Assembly: GCA_040235515.1 (NCBI GenBank)
Contig: JBECKX010000063.1
Span: 1 to 40,983, forward strand
Length of the DNA: 40,983 nucleotides
Direction: 5' to 3'
DNA from: Candidatus Zixiibacteriota bacterium
GTDB taxonomy: Bacteria; Zixibacteria; MSB-5A5; CAIYYT01
Shown one piece after another: positions 35,748 through 40,983 of this stretch. Position 1 is the stretch's first letter; every line of letters starts with the position of its first letter. Under the pieces are notes generated by a model. The model saw nothing but the letters and a program-made list of their open reading frames with translations. It searched no databases and was not told the DNA's origin. Position numbers and translations under genes: made by a program.

Positions 35748-37331
35748 TTACCTGGCCTTGTAGTCCGGATCCGCCGCGTAGCGGGAGAACTCAACCAGCG
35801 CGCCTGAAGTCAGGCGAGCGAATTCCTGGCTCTTGATGGCAGAACGCACGCCGTCGTTAGCCATAGCGCGTGCCAGTTCCGGTTTTGCCATGATTCGAGC
35901 GAAGTCGGGTGAGTTGAGAGCTGCGGCGAACTGAGGATTGCCGATCGCACGAGCGAAGTTCTCATTGGCGAGGACCTTCAGGAAGTGATCACTCGTAACG
36001 CCACTCAGATTGCGGCGGAACTCATCGCTGCCGGCCAGTTTGATTGCGGTCGGATTGGCCATTGCGCGACGGAAGTCGGCGTTCTTGGCAGCCTGCATGA
36101 AGGTCGGCATCACCGAGAGTCTCTGGAATTCGGGGCTCGCGAGAGCCTTGGCAACCTCCGGCTGGGCCGCAGCGCGACGGAAGTCGGCGTTCTTGGCGGC
36201 TTGATGGAAGGTTGGCTCCATCGACAGGCGTCTGAAATCAGGATCCTGCATCATTTTCATGATTTGCGGCTGTACCGCCAGGCGGGCGAATTCCTCGTTG
36301 CCGAGCAGCTTCGCCACTTCCGGGGCGGCAGAGGCACGCGCGAAATCGGGCGACTGCATCAGCCGAGCGAACTCCGGCTTTACCGTGGCGCGCTTGAACT
36401 CATCGCTGGTCAGCAGCTTCTTGAGTCCCGGATCTTGTGCGAGGCGACTGAACTCGGGTGAGGCCAGCGCTTTGGCAATATCGGGCGATGCTGAAAGGCG
36501 AGCGAATTCCTCACCCGTGAGCAACTTGGCAAGTTCCGGCTCGGCGAAGGCGCGGCTCAGTTCCGGCGAGAACAGCACCTTGGCGATTTCCGGCTGCGCG
36601 GTCGCACGGGCGAACTCAGGTGACTGGAGCATCTTCGCGAAACCTTCATTGGCGCTGGCGCGATGGAATTCTTCTCCGGCGATCAGAGCGTAGACACCTT
36701 CCTGGGCGGCAAAGCGATTGAATTCCGCACTCTTCATGGCCTGCACAACCAGCGGGTCGGCGAAGGCGCGATTCAGATCAGCATTGCCGAACACAGTGGC
36801 GATCGCGGGGCTCGCGGCATTGCGGCTGAACTCGGCGTTCGTAATCGCCGCCAGAACTGCCGGATCGGCTGAAGCGCGCGCGAGATCCTGATCCATGATC
36901 GAGCTACGGAAATGGTCCGCGGTGACACCGCTCATGTAGCGGTTGAAGTCGCCGCTCGCAAACACTTTGGCGAGTTCGGGATCGGCCATCAAACGGCTGA
37001 ACTCTTCGCTCGCGATTGCCTTCCGCACTTCCGGGTCAGCCATCGCACGCTGGAATTCCTGGCTTGCAATGATGCTGCGGAAGTTATCGTCCTCGAGCAG
37101 GGCGATAATCTGGTCATCCTGGAACAGTTCCTGAATCTCGGTGTCACCCAGTGTGACATCATCCTCTTTGATCTGTTCCGTCCGGTACTTCTTCGCGGCA
37201 CCGATCGTGCCCTGTGCATCCTCTTCAGAAGGTGGATAACCGCTGAATACCACAATCGCGACCACCACGATCACGGCGATGATTCCACCAAAAATGAGTT
37301 TTGAGCTGCCTGCCATATCAACCTCCTCCAA
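35748..37331 (-). CDS. Membrane-anchored (single N-terminal TM) protein consisting almost entirely of about 22 tandem 19-aa repeats of the consensus SPEFARxxAxPExAKxLxx
   Basis: TM segment LIFGGIIAVIVVVAIVVFSG followed by repeats, for example SPEFARATAQPEIAKVLF / SPELSRAFAEPELAKLLTG / EEFARLSASPDIAKALA / SPEFSRLAQDPGLKKLLT / SDEFKRATVKPEFARLMQ / SPDFARASAAPEVAKLLG ... The many overlapping plus-strand ORFs in the track here are repeat artefacts. Confidence 0.7.
   Translation of the reverse strand: MEEVDMAGSSKLIFGGIIAVIVVVAIVVFSGYPPSEEDAQGTIGAAKKYRTEQIKEDDVTLGDTEIQELFQDDQIIALLEDDNFRSIIASQEFQRAMADPEVRKAIASEEFSRLMADPELAKVFASGDFNRYMSGVTADHFRSSIMDQDLARASADPAVLAAITNAEFSRNAASPAIATVFGNADLNRAFADPLVVQAMKSAEFNRFAAQEGVYALIAGEEFHRASANEGFAKMLQSPEFARATAQPEIAKVLFSPELSRAFAEPELAKLLTGEEFARLSASPDIAKALASPEFSRLAQDPGLKKLLTSDEFKRATVKPEFARLMQSPDFARASAAPEVAKLLGNEEFARLAVQPQIMKMMQDPDFRRLSMEPTFHQAAKNADFRRAAAQPEVAKALASPEFQRLSVMPTFMQAAKNADFRRAMANPTAIKLAGSDEFRRNLSGVTSDHFLKVLANENFARAIGNPQFAAALNSPDFARIMAKPELARAMANDGVRSAIKSQEFARLTSGALVEFSRYAADPDYKAR
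35834..37109. repeat. Intragenic tandem repeat array with a period of about 57 bp (coding repeats of the previous CDS)
   Basis: Periodicity seen in the translated protein and in the recurring gcgcgngaattc/ggcga-like nucleotide strings. Confidence 0.6.
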
Positions 37332-37483
37332 TGTGTGGTTTATGGATTTCTGTTATCTATTCTGCGTTTTGTTTGATCGAATTACTCGTGGGGAGCCAAA
37401 AGGTTGGTCGGAATTTTCGGAAGATTTCAAGTTCCTGATCCGCCTCCGGCGATCTGCCGCTGCCCCGCCTCACTACGTCTCGT

Positions 37484-38311
37484 CTACTCTACCGCGATCT
37501 CCTTCGTCTCGGTCATACCGTTACATGTCAGGGAGACTTTCAGTTTCGACTCGGAAAGCGCCCCGTTCACTTCCAGGATGACATAGATGCTTCCGGGCGC
37601 CGTGAAACGGACCCGCGCCGCACCCGCTTGCCAATCGACTTCGGCAATCCCTGAGCTTTTTCCCGAATCGCCATTGACAACGGCCTTCATCCTGAGGTTG
37701 TGATCCGCCGTGGTGACGGTTGCCTCACAGCCGGCGGTCTGGCTGGAAACCAGGCAGACTACGGCGCCATCTTCCCTGAACGTCGTGAACTCCGCTGATC
37801 CCTTACCCGCAGAGAGTCGGGTCGCGTCGCCGCTGCTCTCTTTTTGTTCGGCAGCGCGCATCAGCAGGGTCCCGACGATCTTGTTGATCTGTCGGGGGTC
37901 AGACTGGTGATCCGGTTCCAGGACAGAAATTGCGACAACAAAGAGCAGAGCCGCGAGGGAAACTCCCGCGGCGAATGCATACGATGGTCTGGTCGTGAAA
38001 CTGCGCGAGACCGCAGATGCAATCCGCGACCAGAGACCTTCTGACTTTTTCGTGGCGGGCAATGCCCTCCGGGCAATTGCAGCCATGATTGACTCTTTCA
38101 GTTCCGCCGGAGGGTCGACCGAGTCGATCTCCCTGATCGATTCGGCGAGCCCGACCATTTCGGAGAAGCGGGCGCGGGCATCAGGCGAGTTCTCGATGAG
38201 TTTCATCAGCGCCTCCGACTCGGCAGCTGAGTTGACACCATCGATCTCTCGCTGGATCAATTCATCGAGCCTGGGGTTGTTCGACTCACTACTCATGCTG
38301 CACCGATGCAA
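37484..38311 (-). CDS. Membrane anti-sigma factor (N-terminal anti-sigma domain, single TM, extracytoplasmic C-terminal domain)
   Basis: N-terminus ...LDELIQREIDGVNSAAESEALMKLIENSPDARARFSEMVGL is RskA/RsiW-like. TM segment SYAFAAGVSLAALLFVVAISV. Start overlaps the 3' end of the ECF sigma gene (alternative ATG at about 38296). Confidence 0.6.
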   Translation of the reverse strand: MHRCSMSSESNNPRLDELIQREIDGVNSAAESEALMKLIENSPDARARFSEMVGLAESIREIDSVDPPAELKESIMAAIARRALPATKKSEGLWSRIASAVSRSFTTRPSYAFAAGVSLAALLFVVAISVLEPDHQSDPRQINKIVGTLLMRAAEQKESSGDATRLSAGKGSAEFTTFREDGAVVCLVSSQTAGCEATVTTADHNLRMKAVVNGDSGKSSGIAEVDWQAGAARVRFTAPGSIYVILEVNGALSESKLKVSLTCNGMTETKEIAVE

Positions 38312-38843
38312 TTCCTGCTTTCTTCAGCAGCGGAACGAGTTGTTGCCGCGCGGAATAGAGCCTTGATTTTACTGTTTTCTCCGGGATTCGGAGAATATCG
38401 GCCATCTCCCGATATGAGAGATCATGAAAATGTCTCAGGATGATTGCCGTTCGCTGCTCGGCCGGGAGTTGCTGCAGGGCTGAGTGGATTTTCGCGCTAT
38501 TCTCGGATTCCTGGAGCAGTTCTTCGGGGTTCTTCACCTCCGGTTGGTCCGGAAGCTCCACCTCCCGCAGCCGCTTCGCTCTGCTGATATGAGTGAGTGC
38601 CTCGTTCATCACAATGCGGTAAATCCAGCTGAAGAACTTGAATTCGGGGTTGAAGTTACGAAGATTCTCATAGGCTTTCACAAAGGTCTGCTGTGTAATG
38701 TCCGCCGCCTCGTCGCGACTACCAACTATCCGGTAGGCTGCGTTGAAGAGTGTGCGTTCGTAGCGATCAACCAGGACCGCGAATTCCTGCCAGTCCCCTC
38801 TCAGACATTGTTCTACTATCTTCGCGTCTGATAAAGTCGACAT
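38289..38843 (-). CDS. ECF (sigma-70 family group IV) sigma factor
   Basis: Region 2: DEAADITQQTFVKAYENLRNFNPEFKFFSWIYRIVMNE. Region 4: LPAEQRTAIILRHFHDLSYREMADILRIPEKTVKSRLYSARQQL. The internal ATG (MSTLSDAKIVEQCLRGD) is preferred to the GTG track start at 38939. Confidence 0.85.
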   Translation of the reverse strand: MSTLSDAKIVEQCLRGDWQEFAVLVDRYERTLFNAAYRIVGSRDEAADITQQTFVKAYENLRNFNPEFKFFSWIYRIVMNEALTHISRAKRLREVELPDQPEVKNPEELLQESENSAKIHSALQQLPAEQRTAIILRHFHDLSYREMADILRIPEKTVKSRLYSARQQLVPLLKKAGIASVQHE

Positions 38844-39117
38844 AATTACTGCTGAACGGCCAGAAGGTTGGTGAGAAACTGGCCGCTTCAGCCAAGTTTT
38901 TCTCCAACGTTCAGCACAAACCTCCCAAACTGAGCCCACTTGAGATAGTTCTGTGCCCCCTAGATTTTCCAGAGACTATTAAATCATTGTAGTTGGTCGT
39001 GTTGGTTGCTCGGATGGGGAAGATAGAGTGACTAACCGTAAATCACAAGCATTTTTGTAGAGCTATGAAGTCGACGAAGCGGGAGTGGAGCCGAAACCGC
39101 GTCAACCGGTAACGGGC

Positions 39118-39408
39118 TCAGTCGCGGATTATCTGGAATATCCGGTCCAGGCCTGAGAATTTGAATACGGTCTGAATGTGGCCGCTCAAATTCTTCAGTT
39201 TGACCGTCTTGCCGGACTGATCGAGCCGCTTGTAGGTTGCAACCAGCACCCCCAGCCCGGCGCTGGAGATATAGTCGAGGTCCGCCAGATCGAAGGTGAT
39301 GGAGCAGTCGACAGGCGCAAGAAATTCGGTCGCTTTTTTTACCTGCGATGCGTCAAAACGGCCCGACAGGGCAATGGTATCATCGGAAATGCGGCTAATC
39401 TCAAACAC
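39118..39408 (-). CDS. STAS-domain anti-sigma-factor antagonist (SpoIIAA/RsbV-like)
   Basis: ...LDYISSAGLGVLVATYKRL.. contains the conserved phosphorylatable Ser in DYISSAG context. 96 aa. Confidence 0.8.
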   Translation of the reverse strand: MFEISRISDDTIALSGRFDASQVKKATEFLAPVDCSITFDLADLDYISSAGLGVLVATYKRLDQSGKTVKLKNLSGHIQTVFKFSGLDRIFQIIRD

Positions 39409-39485
39409 AGGAACGCTCCAATCCTATCACGCTAAACTCTGCATTAGAGAAACCTGAAAGTGCTGTCACGATGCAATTCAATGGC

Positions 39486-39905
39486 TCAGCCACCGGTACT
39501 GTTCAAGTTCTTAATCAAAGTCACACTGCTATTTCTGTCTTTATACTCATACTCAATCTGATCCATCATCGTCTTGACGAGGTGAATTCCCAGTCCTCCG
39601 GCGCGGCGTTCACTGAGCGGCATGTTGATATCGACGGCCGCTGCCTCGGTAGGGTCGAATCTGTCAACGTCGAAGTCGGTCAGCCGTATCCGCAGGATAT
39701 CCGCGCGGTGATCCAGCTCAATTCTGATGTCGTTGCTGCTGCTGTCGTTGTACTTAACCATATTCACGAAGATCTCCTCGACTGCAAGCTGCATCATGCC
39801 GACTATCTCGGGATCGATCTTGCCGCCACCGACAGAACTATCGAGAAAATCCACGATCTGTTCAAGCGCTTCTATCGATTTGGGGAAACTTCGCGAAATT
39901 GGCAT
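39486..39905 (-). CDS. RsbW/SpoIIAB-like anti-sigma factor Ser-protein kinase (GHKL ATPase)
   Basis: 139 aa. HATPase-like ...VEEIFVNMVKYN...RIRLTDFDVDRFDP...GGLGIHLVKTMMDQIEYEY. Confidence 0.7.
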   Translation of the reverse strand: MPISRSFPKSIEALEQIVDFLDSSVGGGKIDPEIVGMMQLAVEEIFVNMVKYNDSSSNDIRIELDHRADILRIRLTDFDVDRFDPTEAAAVDINMPLSERRAGGLGIHLVKTMMDQIEYEYKDRNSSVTLIKNLNSTGG

Positions 39906-40333
39906 ATTGCTCAGCGCAGGTGAAAAATCTTCCGAATTCCTGGGATAGTGATTTGTCCAACTTGATACCCTCGCTGCCGCAATTTGTCAATTTAATTTTG
40001 AATTCGACGCATCAGGGCGAAGCTAAATCGCGAAGCTCGTTGCTAAGTTATCGCGGGCAAAGAACAGTTCCGAGTAGAGCCATGCTGATCACGCTTGCAG
40101 TCGGTCTTGTTTATGGAAGCGCGCCGGCCGAAACAGCGGGCGTGTTTGGCCAGGAGAAAATTGTCTATCTGCGCACTATGGACCAATCAGTTGAGGCGTC
40201 TTAAGGACGAGTTCGCTTCGCCGCCGAAGGGAGATATCCAGAGCAGTGGTAGCTCGCGATTCAAGCGTGGTTAGAGGCATTAGTTCGCGGGGATGGCGTT
40301 GGGTGAGTCAATTCAGAGTTGTCGGAATTGGCA

Positions 40334-40983
40334 TCAGGCCGGAGAGTAACTCTCCCGGAGCTGTTCGATTTCGGTGTTGACTTCGTTGGTCAGAGTGAAG
40401 TAAAAGGTTGCGCCTTCGTCGACCTGACTGGTAGCCCAGACGCGGCCGCCGTGTCTCTGTATGATCCTCTGGACCGTTGCCAGGCCAACTCCGATCCCTT
40501 TGAATTCGTGGGCGCCGTGCAGGCGTTGAAATGCCTTGAAGAGCTTCCCCGCATACTTCATGTCAAAACCGGCGCCGTTGTCTTTGACGAAGTAGGTCGT
40601 CTCACCCTCGATCGTCGTCGCTCCGAATGAGATCGTTGCGATCTCACGTTTCTCAGAATACTTCCAGGCATTTCCGAGGAGATTGGTCAGGGCGGCACGC
40701 AGCAACTGCCTGTCTCCCCACACTTCGAGTCCCGGCGTGATGCTCCAGTTGACCAGTCGTTGAGGTTCGGCCAACTGCAGTTCGTTTCTGACAGATTCCG
40801 CCAGCTCGCTCAGGTTGACCTTCTCACGATTCATCTCATTCCGGGTAATTCTGGAGAGGTAGAGAAGACTGTCGATCAGGTCCCCCATCCTGGTTGTGGC
40901 AGAACAGATTCGCTCCAGATAGTTCGCGCTCTGCTCATCAATCTGCGGACCAAGTTCTTCCTGCAGTGCCTGACTGAATCCAT
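40334..40983 (-). CDS. Sensor histidine kinase, 3'-portion (HATPase_c); N-terminal part lies beyond the window end
   Basis: The reading frame stays open upstream of the track's first Met to the window edge (...GFSQALQEELGPQIDEQSANYLERICSATTRMGDLIDSL...). N-box LLGNAWKYSE, G1 VKDNGAGFD, G2 GIGVGLATVQRII. Confidence 0.8.
   Translation of the reverse strand, partial: GFSQALQEELGPQIDEQSANYLERICSATTRMGDLIDSLLYLSRITRNEMNREKVNLSELAESVRNELQLAEPQRLVNWSITPGLEVWGDRQLLRAALTNLLGNAWKYSEKREIATISFGATTIEGETTYFVKDNGAGFDMKYAGKLFKAFQRLHGAHEFKGIGVGLATVQRIIQRHGGRVWATSQVDEGATFYFTLTNEVNTEIEQLRESYSPA

Noticed and set aside
35985-37304. Several 60-160-aa plus-strand ORFs (36010..36204, 36259..36693, 36912..37304 and others) rich in Ala/Arg/Ser
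   Set aside because: They lie antisense to the tandem-repeat gene. The repeat periodicity automatically creates long open frames on the opposite strand. No RBS and low-complexity composition.

Overview
This 40,983-bp window is GC-rich bacterial DNA with compact, frequently overlapping genes and no rRNA, tRNA or CRISPR array that I could detect. It most likely comes from an uncultivated anaerobe. Gene identities were read from the supplied translations by motif recognition, with no database search, so family names are expert inference. Coordinates of small motifs were located by hand and may be off by 1-2 nt. The ORF track reports GTG-initiated ORFs with M as the first residue and only lists ORFs with a stop inside the window. 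Working from the start of the window, the content is as follows. (i) A 5'-partial M1-type peptidase gene on the minus strand (1..702), which the ORF track misses. (ii) An unusual 1,441-aa sigma-54-type activator whose sensory part is a degenerate Ser/Thr kinase domain plus TPR repeats plus a GAF domain (1087..5412), preceded by a 14-bp tandem repeat and a G-rich hairpin. (iii) A small HTH/WYL-like regulator, a 1.1-kb region with no ORF, and a secreted dockerin-repeat protein. (iv) An nfeD-flotillin operon. (v) A 16.7-kb minus-strand block encoding the complete hypABFCDE NiFe-hydrogenase maturation set, then an Hdr/Mvh-type electron-bifurcation locus in which hdrA is split into two genes. A NuoE/NuoF-like NADH module and a NuoG-type N-terminal domain sit between the two halves. 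All junctions are translationally coupled. The block ends with the endopeptidase and a small CxxCxGxG zinc-finger protein. (vi) A canonical Hanks Ser/Thr kinase with TPR repeats. (vii) A minus-strand envelope-signalling locus: histidine kinase (partial), RsbW-like kinase, STAS protein, ECF sigma, membrane anti-sigma, a 527-aa membrane-anchored protein made of about 22 tandem 19-aa repeats, a 984-aa exported gluzincin-like / beta-propeller / beta-barrel protein and a PrsW-like intramembrane protease. The split-HdrA bifurcation module and the ECF / repeat-protein / PrsW locus are the two best candidates for previously undescribed systems.
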